Shown here piece after piece: positions 14,435-29,060 of a stretch of 64,000 nt of DNA (position 1 is the first letter of the stretch; every line of letters starts with the position of its first letter). The stretch lies in assembly GCF_001194135.2 (NCBI RefSeq), contig NC_068983.1:89988072-90052071 (forward strand), in the 5' to 3' direction. A model generated the notes under the pieces. It saw nothing but the letters and a program-made list of their open reading frames with translations. It did not search any database and was not told where the DNA came from. The stretch is from Octopus bimaculoides. Its lineage: Eukaryota. The translations under genes and the position numbers were made by a program.

Positions 14435-16095
14435 CTAAAAGAAAAAGAAAGCCTATTTTTATAATACAGTGGGAGAGATATAAAAGAAAAGAATTAAACC
14501 ATCCCTTTCTAAATTAAAGAATGCTACTGGTTCGAACCAAAATAATTTACATCAGTACATAGTTTTAAAATACTTACATTCATTGGTCAGAATACCGCCA
14601 TCCCCCCACCCAAAAAAAAAACTGAGTTGGAGTGGAATCGGCTGTGTCACACTGCAGTCTTTATATTTAGTTAATTTAAGCAGTGTTGTTAAATGAGTCA
14701 ACTGTTAATAAATTAGGGAATCCAGCAAGAATTACTTCATTTATTTATTTATTAATAAACACATAAATCTGCATATTTATTCAAACCATTCAAGAATAAA
14801 AACAACATTCTCATGATGGAATTAAGAGTGCGGGAATTTGAGTTTAATAAATAGTTTAAAAACTTTTCTTTTGCAGACAATGAAAGTTATAAAAAGAAAT
14901 ATTGTAAATAAATTTAAACTGAACAGAATTATTAGTTACCCTATCCTTATATTTCTAACACTCAAGCTACACAGGCCAATGAATATGCAGTCACCTGAAC
15001 TGTGAAACGTAGCAACTAAATCTCACTCCTATTGACAATGATATACAAAAAGATGGAAGGGTCATGGTTGATACATTTATCATAATTGATATGCTCAATC
15101 AAAGCTGACCAGGAGCTAAAGAACAATTTAAACCATATCTACTGTTCTCCTGAGATGAATCTCTATCCCATATCTCTAAACCATCTCCACTCTATACCCC
15201 AACTACTTTTGGTAAGAAAGTATTAGCACCTACATAGAAATAACTCTTCTAACATGGAAGTCAGTAACAGAGACTTTCATTTACTCTGGTAGAAGGGCTC
15301 TCCTCAATTTCTCTAACTCACTCCCCTCTCAAATTATCCTCTTTGCTAACTACAATGCATCCAATTTCTCCAATATGACTGACAAAGGCAAAATCTTTTG
15401 CTACTTTTAATTGTTGCATCAGTTAAGCCTTCTCAACTACTTATTGGGTACAATTTGAACTTGGCCAATTATACACTGGTGTATTTAGTAGTATATGCTT
15501 CACTCCTGATAGCAAAGTTAACGACTAATACTATTCTCCCAAATGGTTTACATGGAACTGTACTGCAGCTGTATAGGCAAAAGACTGCCTACAGTACACG
15601 AAGAAAATCACTTTTTATTGATTGCCATGACTGCAGAATAACCATCAGAAAGCAAAGGATTGCTTTGTGATCACACAGTATGTAATTTCACTCACATCCT
15701 AAATTGCAGCTAAGTTCACTAGTCCCTTTCCATATTAACTTTACAAAATTTTTTTACCCATCCACTGCCCAACTCCATGCTGCACGCATAACAAAACTCC
15801 TCCTAAATACTCATCACTACCATATGTACAACCAGCAAAAGAAGCCCATCAGTTATATATCCCATTACTCTTAAACAATAAGCTAAGTTACCTTTGTTCT
15901 CACCAAACTCTTTAATTTCTCAGCCTCTATGCATCAAAATCTCCAAAAGAACAACCTCTTTGACCTTGCAACTACCAACTTATTTTTTTCACATCCAACA
16001 GCACAAAGTTGATGGAGACAGTGTTAACCATCTCTTTTATCACTTGGAGCTATTTTCTCAGTAACTATCAATGAGTTTCTACTGGAACAGATTTT

Positions 16096-16299
16096 CAGTA
16101 ATCCCTCAACTTTCCTGGGTGAAATGTTCCAAAACCCCCCATGATAGGTGAAAATCCACAAAGTAGAAAAAGTACTGTATATTTTTTGAAATTATTTTTA
16201 TACATTGTATATATACATTTTATTATAAATGCAAAATAACACCATAGAGGAATCAATGTAAGCTTAAATAATAAATCATGATATGGCGAGGGGTTACTG
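16096..16299. mobile_element. Tigger/pogo-like MITE
   Basis: Termini CAGTAATCCCTC / GAGGGGTTACTG followed by TA. Confidence 0.6.
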
Positions 16300-16846
16300 T
16301 ACTGAAAATCTACTTTGTCTCACACTTGGGGTCTCTCTGACTCTTGAGAACTGTAACAAAAGCAATACTGTTGCCCAAGAAATTAACAACACCTTCAAAT
16401 GTATCTGGCAAGGACCATAAAACCATATCACCTACCTATGGGTTTTAATTGTTTAGATCAGAAGTCTCCTTGTTTCATATTGTCAAGTTTGATGTAATCT
16501 GAGTTATGTCCATATACTCTTCTTCCTGTATATGAATGACCTTAGCATGGTTAAAGCACACACTGCTACAGAGATTACACTACCTTTAAGTCCTGTACAA
16601 CCTTTCATAGATGCAACACAAGCAGTTCAAGGCATACACAGCTTCAATGAAATGAGATCTCAAAAAAGTCCTTTAATGGAGACATGAAATGGAAACCTAG
16701 TCTCCATCTGTACTAAATCGTAATCACTAAACATACTAGAAAAACACAAGAGCTAAAAGTACTAGGTCAAACACTCTATGAAAATCATTCATAGGAATGT
16801 GTGTCTGTGTGAGTGAGAGAGAGAGGGGGAGGGGGAGAGAGAGAGG

Positions 16847-16927
<81 letters not shown>

Positions 16928-18520
16928 TGTGTGTGCATCATAAAGGCTAAGCTTACTCTTCAGGACCACATTCTTTAGTCCTGGTTGGTTGGAACATTTT
17001 AAACTCAGTGCTGGTTACTTACATAGATAAGCAAGTATTCTGGATTGGATAATAAAAATCTGGTAGACTGGGAAAGTATCACTCACAAGGCATATTAGCA
17101 CCATGAACCCACAAATGTCATTTTTCCATCTGTTCTACTGCTATTGTAATAATCTATTCTTCTTTAACTAGCAGGTTACACATCACCTCTTCTCAAGCTC
17201 ACTTGGTGTATAACCCTTTCAATGACCATTTCAGCTGATCCCACTCGACCAGACCTGCACTAAACACTACGCTTGATATTTCCTATTTATTACAGCATAT
17301 CTCTCTCTCTCCTACATACACCAATCTCAAAATTAACAGTCTCACCAATCTAAGAGAACCTGCAAAGAGCATGAACACTATCCCTATGCAGCAACTAGAT
17401 GATAATATGAATAATCTGAAGGCTACTTATGGACAACATTAGAAAGTGGAAGAAAGTGTGTTGCAAGTAAATATTTTATTAAGATAATGCCATAAATCAG
17501 AATAAAATCCCAGCAAGGAAACTGAGCTCCTAACCAATTTTGATACTTGCAGCTATCTCACTTCAATTTCATCACTAATACTCTTTAGAAAAGTCTCATC
17601 ATGTCTCATTTACCCTCTCTCCAAGCTGAGGCTTTGGTACTTAAATGAAAAATCCTTTTGGATACATTATTGGTAATTTGAGAAAGACACGAATGCTACA
17701 ACTCTCATTATTTCTCTCTTAAAAGACACTGACATAATAATAGAGTTCAGTGCTTCTATCTAATCTTGCTTTGTTGTGTCTGACCACCCAAAGTTTCAAT
17801 TTGAATTCAGTTTAGCACTATGATTCTCTACAAGACACACACAAGACTGACTGCTCTGAGTAGCTCCAACTTAAAAAGTTTTTGGTTGTTTGATTACTAT
17901 TTTCAGCAAGGTTGTAAGTTCACATTCTGCTATAAAATGCTACAAATTAAGTTATATTATTCAACTTAGTTCAGTCAATGAAATATACTTCACAGTTGAG
18001 TGCTAATAATAAATCTGAAGACCCAACTAAAATCATATTATTGAGCCAAGAGAAAAGACTACAGAAATAACCTGAGGCATTTGAATACCAACAAAAGTAT
18101 TACAATCAATGCATTTTTTCCTGAAATTTTTTTAGAAAATACGAAAGTTTATACCAATTTTTGTTTTGTTTTGAGGGTAAGTTGCAATCACACACAAACA
18201 TCAATATAGATTAGGAGGATTTCTGTAGAAGGACTTTCTTCACATAAACATAATGGTTAACTTATTTCTTTTTGTAAACTTTCCTCATAACCTCTGAGTT
18301 CATTTAAGTGATGCAATAACAACAATAACATAATTAAGGCTTGTAGGATTAAATTTGCTATCTGAAAGTTATGTCTCTAATATGACAAATACATTCATAA
18401 AATACATAGGAAAAACTTAAGGTTATTGAAATTCCACTGACACACATACATGCATTTTCAGTACTTGTTTTATTGCAGGTCACCCCGGACAAGATTATTC
18501 TACCATAACCTCAGAGGAAC

Positions 18521-21343
18521 ATCATCATCATCATCATTTAACATCCACTTTCCATGCTAGCATGGGTTGGACGATTTGACTGAGAACTGGCAAACCAGAT
18601 TCCAATCTGAACTGGCAGAGTTTCTACAGTTGGATGCCCTTCCTAATGCCAACCACTCTGAGAGTGTAGTAGGTGGTTTTTACGTGCCACGGGCACGAGG
18701 GCCAGTCAGGCGATACTGGCAACGGCCACGCTCAAATGGTGTTTTTTACGTGCCACCTGCACAGGAGTCAGTCCAATGTTTTGTTCACATGCCACCAGCA
18801 CAAGTGCCAGTAAGGCAAAGCTGGAAACGATTGCGCTCAAATGGTGCTTTTTATGTGCCACCGGCACGGGAGCGAGACCGCTGCTCTGGCAGTTATCCTG
18901 CTCAGATGGTGCTGCTAGCGCTCCACTGGCACAGGTGCCAGTCATCAAATTTGGTTCGGTTTCGATCTCACATGACCCAACAGGTCATCGCAAGCTGAGT
19001 TTAGTGTCCAATGAAGAAAGGTTGGCATGGGTGCCAGTCATCGAATTTGGTTCAATTTTGATTTCACTTGACTCAACAGGTCTTCACAAGGAGGGTTTTA
19101 TGTCCAAAGAAGGAAAGGTATGCATAAGTGGGCTGGCTACACCCCTGGTAAAGGCCACAGGTTATGGTCTCACTTGTCTTGCCGGGTCTTCTCACATACT
19201 GCATATTTCCAAAGGTCTTGGTCACTAGTCATTGCCTCGGTGAGGCCTAATGTTCAAAGGTCGTGTTTCACCACTTCATCCCAGGTCTTCCTCTCCCACA
19301 GGTACCCTCAACCGCTAGGTTGTGGCACTTTTTCACACAGCTATCCTCATCCATTCTCACAAAATGACCATACCAGCGCAATCGTCTCTCTTGCACACCA
19401 CAACTGATGCTTCTTAGGTTCAACTTTTCTCTCAAGATACTTACACTCTGACGAGTATGCACACTGACATTACACATCCATCGGAGCATACTGGCTTCAT
19501 TCCTTGCGAGCTTATGCATTTCCTCACCAGTCACGGCCCATGTTTCACAGCCATGCAGCATGGCGGTTCGTACACATGCGTCATACAGTCTGCCTTTTAC
19601 TCTGAGTGAAATGCCCTTTGTCACCAGCAGAGGTAAGAGCTCTCTGAACTTTGCCCAGGCTATTCTTATTCTAGCAGCTACACTTTCAGCACACCCTCCC
19701 CCGCTACTGACTTGGTCACCTAGGTAACGGAAGCTATCAACTACTTCTAGTTTTTCTCCCTGGAATGTGGCAGAAGTTGTTCTCTGCACATTTTCAGTGT
19801 TTATTGCTCCTGAACATCTGCCACATACACAAACTATCTTCCTAGTTAGCCTTCTTTTGATATTGCTGCACCTCTTATGTGTCCATAGCTTACACTGGAT
19901 ACATCTTATAGAGTTTCTACAGATCGAGCAGGGGTATCAACTTGAAGGGGTTTGTGGTTTGTCTACCTTTCTACTTATTGGGACTTTGGTTTTAGCTAGG
20001 TTGACTCTAAGGCCCTTTGAATCTAATCCTTGCTTCCACACCTGAAACTTCTCCTCTAGTTCTGATAGTGAGTCAGCAATTAGAGCAAGGTCATCAGCAT
20101 AGAGGAGCTCCCAGGGGCAACCTGTCTTAAACTCCTGTGTTATTGCCTGGAGGACTATGGTAAATAGGAGGGGGCTGAGGACTGAACCTTGTTAGACCCC
20201 TACCTCTACCCGGAATTCTTCACTGTACTCGTTGCCAACCCTCACCTTACTGACAGCATTCCTGTACATGGCTTCAACAGCTCTCACTAACCATTCATCT
20301 ATCCCTAGTTTCCTCCTTGTCCACCAGATAAGGGATCGGGGGACCCTGTCAAAGGCTTTCTCCATGTCAACGAAAGCCCAGTACAGAGGTTTATCTTTGG
20401 CTAGGTATTTCTCCTGCAGCTGTCTTACAAGAAATATAGCATCAGTGGTGCTTTTCCCTGGCACGAACCCAAACTGCATCTCATCTAAGCTGACTCTCTC
20501 CCTAATTAGTTGGGCTATGACCCTCTCCTTGACCTTCATTACCTGGTCCAACAACTTGATACCTCTGTAATTGTTTGTGTGTAAAGTGTCATCTTTAGCT
20601 TTGTAGCAGTTGACTATGGTGCTGCTACACCAGTCATTGGGTATGACTCCTTCGTGTATCACCTGGTTAACTATATGGGTGACCAGGCTATAGCCGACAC
20701 TGCCAGATATTTTGAGCATCTTTGCAGTGATTCCTGATGGGCTGGGGGCTTTCCCTGTCTTCATACTCTTGATTGCTTTATCTACCAAGGTACTGTCAAT
20801 TAGGATAGCTGGTCCCTCAGTTGGGTGGACGTTCGGCAGACTCACTTTCTCCCATTCATTCTCTTTATTAAGCAACCTTTCATAGTGGCGTCTCCAAACC
20901 TCTCTCTTTGCAGGGTTGTTTAGTGCAAGCGTACCATCATCCATGCTGACACATTTCTCTCCTACGAACGACATCACGATTATCTCTCACACACTGTCTT
21001 GCAACACGAAATACCTCAATTCTTTGGTCCTCACGGCGCAGAACATCTGGCTAAATAAACCTGTCTCCTAGCTTCCCTTTTGGCAGTCTGATACAATTCC
21101 CTGCTACCTCCGTTCTTCCAGTCTTTCCAAACCAGTTTCTTTTGTCTAATAGCTGTCAACCACATTGTTCCACCACTACGTTACTTTGGGTCGAGAGGGG
21201 ATTTTGCACCATCCACAGATCTGGTCAGTGGCTCTCAGCAGGTTGTCCTGTAGAAACCTCCAGTTGTCTTCCACATTATGTGATGCTATATCCCCTTCTA
21301 TATCGTGGAAGGCTTTGAGTAACACGTCTCTAAATATCTAACC
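18521..21343 (-). mobile_element. 5'-truncated RTE-clade LINE (RT domain, long 3' UTR, (ATG)n tail)
   Basis: ORFs 20192-20977 and 19268-19789 carry RT motifs (KTGKAPSPSGITA, NYRGIKLL, QFGFVPGKSTTDAIF, FVDMEKAFDRVPR, FRYLG, ERRLRWYGH). Plus-strand catcatcat tail at about 18521. Confidence 0.93.
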
Positions 21344-22482
21344 TTATAAGTACAATTGGGTAAATAAACTGTGTATGAGCTGGTCAGACGAATCATTCCA
21401 GTTTGTGGGTGGCAGACTTAATCCACTGCCTGGCTTAACACTACAAGGTTATTGGTGGCCCTCAGCAGAGTCCAATCTACTGCATACATACAAGCTAGAT
21501 CTCTGATTTGGGAATAACTTCCTTCCTTTCACCTACCATTCTTTCTGTTCCTGAAAAGGATTACGAGAAATGCTCATCATTCTCTGAAATATAATACAAA
21601 AGTGTTAACTTTCTTCACTCTCAGACATTTTTTGGGAAAAAAGCCAGCTGATTAAATTGACCCCAATATAAGTGATACTTATTTTATCAAATTCAGAAGA
21701 ATGAGATATCAACCTCAGTGGGATTTCAACTCAGAATATTAAGACTAGGAAACATCAACAAAATACCATAAGGTATTTTGGCCACATTCTATACTATCAG
21801 TAAGGATCTACTGTTTCACTTTTGCTCTGAATCTGAGATTTTATTACAATCTTTCTATCAATGAAACATCACAATAAGATTAATACTATTACTACTATTA
21901 GATTTGGAACTTTCTTCCAGAGAAATATGACTTGCAGAACTTGAAGGTTTATTTCATCAACCCTGATCACAATAGTTTTGATATACTTTGATAAGAAAAG
22001 CACAAGCTACAAGACTCAACTACTGTCTAACCAAGGCATTGATTGATTGATTGATTGAGAGAGAGAGGGGAGGAGAGGGGGAGAGAGAGAGAGAGAGAGA
22101 GTTCATAGTAGAAGATACTACAGTTCTCAACAGCAGATTAGGTGTTTGTAGACCATTTCAGACTCACTCACTTAATTTGGGTGAAATACAGTAAATCAGT
22201 AATCTTGACTGAATGAAAAAGAGCAGAGACCAATGTTGCTGTAGTAGAAGTGACAGAGCAGGTTCAGCAGTTGGAGACTGATCTATACTTGTATGCTTAC
22301 AACTGTCCGATTCCAATATTATTCTAAACAATAGCAATAATGTTGGTTAGAACATTAGAAAATAATTTTTAGAAAATGTTCTTTTTCTGAATCATCATTA
22401 ACACCACACTCACTTTTCAACTTGCACATTTCCCTATATGTTACATATATACATATATATATACATGTATATATATTCTTTG

Positions 22483-22487
<5 letters not shown>

Positions 22488-22558
<71 letters not shown>
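22488..22558. repeat. (TA)n microsatellite
   Basis: Direct read. Compound (GT)n(TA)n(CA)n at 56992-57091. Confidence 0.95.
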
Positions 22559-22559
<1 letters not shown>

Positions 22560-23157
22560 TGTAGATTTAAGAGAAAAAAATAAGAAAGATATATCATGAT
22601 TAAATGATTATTATAAACAAACTATATGGATGTTTATCATCTTCATCTAATACTAATGTTACTCATTTTTAGAACCATTCAAATAGAAGAGACAATTACA
22701 ACAGGAAATTAAGAAAACGAAACTGATATTTGACTTCCATATTTGGCTATACATGAAATGAATGATTAAAGTATTAAAGCAATCAACTACATGTTTCTTA
22801 TTGTTGATTTTTCAGTCATCTTATTAATGTCAATTTCACAGTACACATTCACACCATCTTTGAGTTTCAGATATCTACCTTCTACATCGTTCAATTACAT
22901 GAGTAATTCAACTGTTCTATATAGACTGCCAATACTATCAACTTGACAGAAATACTCCATGTTCTTCTTACTACTAAAATCTCTAAGTACAATACTACCA
23001 TGGTAACCAAATCAAAGCACTTAGATAATACTTTTCTATCCTAAGTCAATATCTGAGTGTCTTAAATTTGAAAATATCCAATACCCAATATGGAAAAATA
23101 CCAAGTCTACTGGACTAAAGTTTGTAAATCGATTGAAATTATCAATTAGTTTAAATA

Positions 23158-23393
23158 CAGGGTGGCTCAGAAGTAGGTTTACAGTTATTCAACTATCACT
23201 TTCGCATTCATATATTGGCAGTTTAGATCTTAATTATAAAAAAAATACAAAACCATTATTCTATGCTAATTTAGTTAATTTTGTCAAGCTCCCTTTTCAG
23301 TTTGTAAGATAGAAATTTTAATGTAATAAAATGTTTTAAAAGAAATTTAAAGTGCCCATGTGATAACTGTAAACCTACTTTTGGGTCACCATG
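23158..23393. mobile_element. Tc1/mariner-type MITE (236 bp)
   Basis: 31-bp TIRs CAGGGTGGCTCAGAAGTAGGTTTACAGTTAT / ATAACTGTAAACCTACTTTTGGGTCACCATG. TA on the left, CA on the right. Confidence 0.8.
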
Positions 23394-24817
23394 CATAAAA
23401 GTTTCTTAGCTGGAAAAATATCAGATACACACATTTTGGTTCACTTTAATAAATGATACCTTTCTTTCAATGTTTGTTGAAAAATTTGAGTTAAATCATC
23501 AACATTTATATCACTGTTATACTGAAGTACCTAAATTTTCCAATAATCCAATTAATTTTTAATTGAGCAATAAAATGATTTATGCTGAATGAATCAATGA
23601 AAAAAAAAGAGAAAATTTAAATAGAAACACACACATTTTAGATAGAAATATAAACCATTTAGTGAAATGTCAGCTAAGAAGTATGTTGCAATAAACAAGA
23701 AATATACACTGTAAACTAACATCATTATAATTCTCACAAAATGTCAGCTACAATTATGCCTTAACTGACATATTAACACTAAAAAAATTTGAAGGTCTTT
23801 TTAAACAATGCATTTCACAAATTCATACATCTATCCATCTGTTTCAACTTCAGTTTATCCAACCAATAAGTGTCAAATGCATTAAGCTACCACTAATCTC
23901 ACTCCAGTAAACTAACTGCAATCACTATCAACAACTATTTCCCTGTCATAAACTACATTTCTATAGAACTCTCTCTATAATCATGTTACAATGTTAAAGT
24001 ATAAAACTAATACAAATCCTATCTATTCTAATTCCCACTATAAGAAGAAGCTCCCTTCTTTAGTCCAAGATAACACACATATCTTCTTAATTTGCTAAAC
24101 TCTAAACATAATTGAAGAAGCTGAACTAGACATTTACAAAACCAATAGTAAAAAAAATATAAGGTCTTTAGTAACTAAAACTTTTAGGGATAACTCTTAG
24201 GCACTGAAAGCCAGTCTTTTCACAGAAACAATGATGGGTGTCATAATGTATGATATCCATTAGTACATTAACTGCAGGAGACTTCTGTTTGTATCCAGGT
24301 TTAGTGCAAATGTAGTTGTGAAAAAGAGAAAATCTAGATACTATGAGAAGAGAATGAGGTAATGGAAGATAGTGCTAAAGAGAATATACAATATAGTATT
24401 GCTAGGAAGGTCAAGAAAATTCAGAGAGAGAGAGAGAGAGACAAAAGAAAAAAATTACATTAAGATTCAAGAGAAGATACTAATGTGACATATTCATTTG
24501 TTTCCTCTAATGTGTTTTTCCGTGCTAGCATGGGTAAAGTGGAATTTTTTTTTGGCAGCAGGATTTTATAACCATATGCATCTTATCAGCAACCCTTATC
24601 AGTTTTCCAAGTAAGAAAACTTTTATTTCATGGGTTTCTGGAAATACAGAGTAACTGGTGTCAACAAAGAATGTAAACACCAGTGACAAGCAAAATTGGG
24701 GGATATTAATATTCACAGACATTCACACACACATTTGTGGTATGTATGTATATATACACACACATGTGTATGTATATATATATACACACATACATACAAA
24801 AAAAAAAACGTTCTACA

Positions 24818-24950
24818 TACCAAATTCACTCACAAGGCACTAATTGGCCTGTGGTTATTTAGAAGACACTTACCCAAGGTGCTATGCAGTGGGACTGAAC
24901 CTAAAAATACATGGTTGTAAAGCCAACTTCTGAAACACACAACCATGTGT
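24818..24950 (-). mobile_element. SINE head fragment
   Basis: caaattcactcacaagg...gggactgaacc...; same family. Confidence 0.65.
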
Positions 24951-25599
24951 CTATGCACACACAGATTATATGATCTTTATCTCCCATGACTCTGTCCTAG
25001 GAAGGGACATGTTAACAAACGGAGATAAAGAAAAAGTAAGAAAAAAGAAAAAATGTATTTCAGTGACCAATTTCATTTCTGTACATTTTAGTGATTTCAA
25101 TAAGACAGAAATTTCTGAAGTGTACTGGGATAAACGTGAGGAGGGTTTCTTTGGTGGTGGTGATGGGGAGAATTTTTGAGTGTGAGAAAAAGAGATAATG
25201 TGCATAACAGTGGTAAACATTTATACATCTATAATATAAATCCCCTTCTGTCTGTGTACGTGTGTGCAAAAGATTATAACGGCCGTATTTTTCAACTGAT
25301 TTCCTTCATACTGGGAATATACATTACTTATGTTACAGGGATGGTTTTAGACTCATAAAATTTTTCATATAATGAGTAACTGGCCTCCTGGGGGCAGAAA
25401 ACACACATTCCTGGGTTACATGGAGAAGGAAGGCAACTCTTTGCAAAGTAATTTCCAGAAATTGATTGTCTCCCCTACATCAATTGGTCATAAAAAAATT
25501 GCTTTTTCTATTAGATTCACATCTTTGAAAGTTATTTTAAAATATTTACTTCTGGTTTTCTAGCGTCAGTAACGTCCATATCTCTCTGTACCTTATTTA

Positions 25600-27422
25600 T
25601 CTATCTATATCTATCTTATTTGTCTAACTAGCTAGCTCTCTCTCTCTCCCCCTCTCACCCACTCTCTATTTACAAACAACAACGACAAATTACTGACAGA
25701 AAGAAGTTCACAATTACTGACAAAAGTAATTTCATACATAATTTACTGACAGAAGTAACTTCATAAATTTCACTTCAATATTCTTTACTCTTTTACTTGT
25801 TTCAGTCATTTGACTGTGGCCATGCTGGAGCACCGCCTTTAGTCGAGCAAATCGACCTCAGGACTTATTCTTTGGATGCCTAGTACTTATTCTATCGGTC
25901 TCTTTTGCTGAACTGCTAAGTTACGGGGACAAAAACACACAAGCATCGGTTGTCAAGCGATGTTGGGGGGGACAACACAGACACACAAACATATACACAC
26001 ACATACATATACATATATACGACAGGCTTTTTTCAGTTTCTGTCTACCAAATCCACTCACAAGGCTTTGGTCGGCCCGAGGCTATAGTAGAAGACACTTG
26101 CCCAAGGTGCCACGCAGTGAGAATGAACCCAGAACTATGTGGTTGGTAAGTAAGCTACTTACCACACAGCCACTTTGTTAAATTTGGCTACAAATTTCTT
26201 TACTTTTGCAATGTTTTGACAGAATTACTGATAAAAGTAAGTTCATAATTTACTGACAGAAGTAACTTCAAAAATTTCACTTAAATCCGTATACTTAGTT
26301 AATTTGCCTAAAAATTTCTTATTTATTTTTGCAACAGTTTTGTGTTTTTCCGTTGTTAATGGCTTTTTTCTGGCTCCTTTGATAATGGCTCTTTGGTTCA
26401 CTGACAAATTTCACTTCAACCCGTACAATTCTTTATTTTCCATAAACATTTCTTATTTACTGTTTGCCCATCGAATTAAGAAATATAATTTCCGTTACCC
26501 AGTTATTTTCGTTGTTTACTATCTTCTACACCTGTGTATTTCTGTATATGTATATAACCATAACTAGAAGGAAAGTGTCAAATGTGTCTACAATGTCAAG
26601 GTCAGCCAAAAGAATGTCTCTGTCCAGGGAAAGAGAGAGAGAGAGCTGCAGAAAAGGAAGCATACCAAGAAACGAACAGACTGTGCCTTACAAAAGCTAG
26701 AGCATCTCAAAGTGATGAAGAGAGGTATGCATGGCTGACAAGGAATAGGATCTCCACTGCTGAATGAAGAGCAGTTGCAACAGCTCAGAAAAGCAACTTT
26801 CAATTATGATCCAGCAGTTCATTATGCAGATGACACTAGAGTTTCCATTGGTGCAATGACAACTGAGTGCATACATTGTAAAGCAAGGAAGTGACCTGGG
26901 AAGACACCTGCACTGTGCTGCAGTGGTTGAAAGGTTAAACTCCCTGCAATCCCCCAACCTTCAGAGACATTGAAGAAACTGTTGTCATCAACTGAGCAAG
27001 ATTCCAAACACTTCCAAAACAAAATCAGACAATACAACACTGCACTACAGATGACATCATTTGTAGCCACAAGAGACTTAACTGAGCCAGGATTCATGAA
27101 AACTTTCAAGATTTATCATCGGATTGGCTCTCTACTATCTCTGTCAAATGAATCACCAAAATCAGCCTTTCACTGTTTATAATCTGTACCTGTTTTTTGG
27201 TTATGAAATAAGCTATACAAAACATATTTTTGAATTACATGTATTTACTTTATATACATATAAGACTTGAAACTTTCTTTTAACATTTCACTTGGGGTGT
27301 GAGAAAGTTAATATAGAAAGTTTGTTTCCCAGCTACTAGCAGTTGAGACCTGCGTAGTCTAGACGGCGTTTTAAAATTTCCTTATTTTCTTTAACACAGG
27401 CAACGCCAGGTATTTCTGTTAG
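25600..27422 (+). mobile_element. Internally deleted Helitron with nested SINE
   Basis: 26760-27170 encodes a Rep/Hel N-terminal fragment: IGAMTTECIHCKARK*PGKTPALCCSG*KVKLP...SKHFQNKIRQYNTALQMTSF...YHRIGSLL. A 3' GGCAACGCC hairpin is followed by TTAG|t at 27419-27423. The 5' boundary is approximate. Confidence 0.8.
25781..26173 (-). mobile_element. Full-length tRNA-derived SINE nested in the Helitron
   Basis: Collinear high similarity to 5407-5810; interrupts the TTACTGACAGAAGTAAC minisatellite of the Helitron. Confidence 0.85.
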
Positions 27423-27639
27423 TGTGTATGTATGTATGTNNNNNNNNNNNNNNNNNNNNNNNNNNNNNNNNNNNNNNNNNNNNNNNNNNNNNNNNNNNNN
27501 NNNNNNNNNNNNNNNNNNNNNNNNNNNNNNNNNNNNNNNNNNNNNNNNNNNNNNNNNNNNNNNNNNNNNNNNNNNNNNNNNNNNNNNNNATATATATATA
27601 TATATATATATATATAACTAGACCATCATTTTAACATCC

Positions 27640-27805
27640 ACATTCTCTGAGTGGTTGGCGTTAGGAAGGGCATCCAGCTGTAGAAACTCTGCCAAATCAG
27701 ACTGGAGCCTGGTGTTGCCATCCGGTTTCACCAGTCCTCAGTCAAATCGTCCAACCCATGCTAGCATGGAAAGCGGACGTTAAACGATGATGATGATGAT
27801 GATGA
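27640..27805 (+). mobile_element. Short RTE 3'-end copy
   Basis: gagtggttggcgttaggaagggcatccagctgtagaaac...ggaaagcggacgttaaacgatgatgat equals the 3' end of the 18521-21343 element. Confidence 0.8.
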
Positions 27806-28859
27806 TTCCATGCTCACATGGGCCAAACAAAATTTACTGAGGCAGATAGGCAAATTTTCTATGGCTTAATGTCCTTCCTGCCACCAATCCTTATTTGTTT
27901 TTTCCTCAGCCAAACATGTTTATGCAGAATATTGGAAATAACTGACACTGTTTGTTTGAAAGTGATGCTCATTGACAATTATCATGCAAGACAAGGAGAC
28001 TTAAACATACACATTATATATTCATTATAATGCAATCAATATCCTTTGTTTCCAATATTGTGATAACACATCTGGTCATAGGGAAAATATTATCTTACCT
28101 AGAAACAAATTTTGTCTGACCCAAGCAAGAAAAAAGTGGACATTTTAATGATGATGATGATGATTATATACATACCCATACTCCACAGCAGAAGGCCACT
28201 CCTGGTGAAGAGTATTGGTTTGCAAGAGCCCTGTGCTAGTGCCATGCAAAAGTACTCAGCACACTCTGTAAAAGGTTCGCATTAGGAAGGGTATCCGACT
28301 ATAGAAACCATGCCAAATTAGATTGGAGCCTGGTGCAGCTTCTCAGCTCTGGTCAAACTGTCCAACTGATGTCAGCATGGACAATGGATGTTAAATGGTA
28401 AAGATGACAATGATATACATTAATTATATATATATCTACATACACAGACATTACAACATCATTATTTAAAGTCCGTTTTCCATGCTGGCATGGGTTGGAT
28501 GGTTTGGCAGGAGCTGCATCATGCTCCATTGTCTGTTTTGGCATGGTTTCTATGATTCAATTCCCTTCCTAATGCCAACCACTTCACAGAGTGTACTGGG
28601 TGCTTTTATCTTGCACCATCATCAGTATTTTTACATGGCATCATCAATGGTATCAACTCTGCTGTGGTGGATGGGTTTTCTTGAATACAGCTATGTGCCA
28701 GATACCTCAGTCCTTTGTCATCTCCTCCATAAGGCTGAGCGTCTTGAATCAGCTTCCAGTACTTCGTTCCATATTCTCCTGCATCTTCCCCTTCCAAGCG
28801 TTCCTGCCACTTTTAGTAATCAGCACTTCTGTAGCAATTGTCTACATTTGTATGCATAA

Positions 28860-29060
28860 CATGACGAAACTAGCACAGTCTTCTCTCTTGCACAATACAT
28901 CTAATTTCTCTAAAGCCTAACTTTTCTTTCAACAGACTAGCACTCTGTTGCACATGTACACTGCACATCCAGCTGAGAATACTAATTTCATTCCTCTCTA
29001 GCCTACACATGTCCTCTGCATTCAGGGTCCCCATCTCACCAGCATATATCATTGCTGTTT
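28860..29060 (-). mobile_element. RTE C-terminal fragment
   Basis: TAMIYAGEMGTL...RNEISILSWMCSVHVQQSASLLKEKLGFREIRCIVQERRL parallels the C-terminus of the 19268-19789 ORF. Confidence 0.7.

Noticed and set aside
18567-19228. Plus-strand ORFs of 143 and 150 aa
   Set aside because: Antisense to the GC-rich RTE 3' UTR; open by composition, with no domain recognised.
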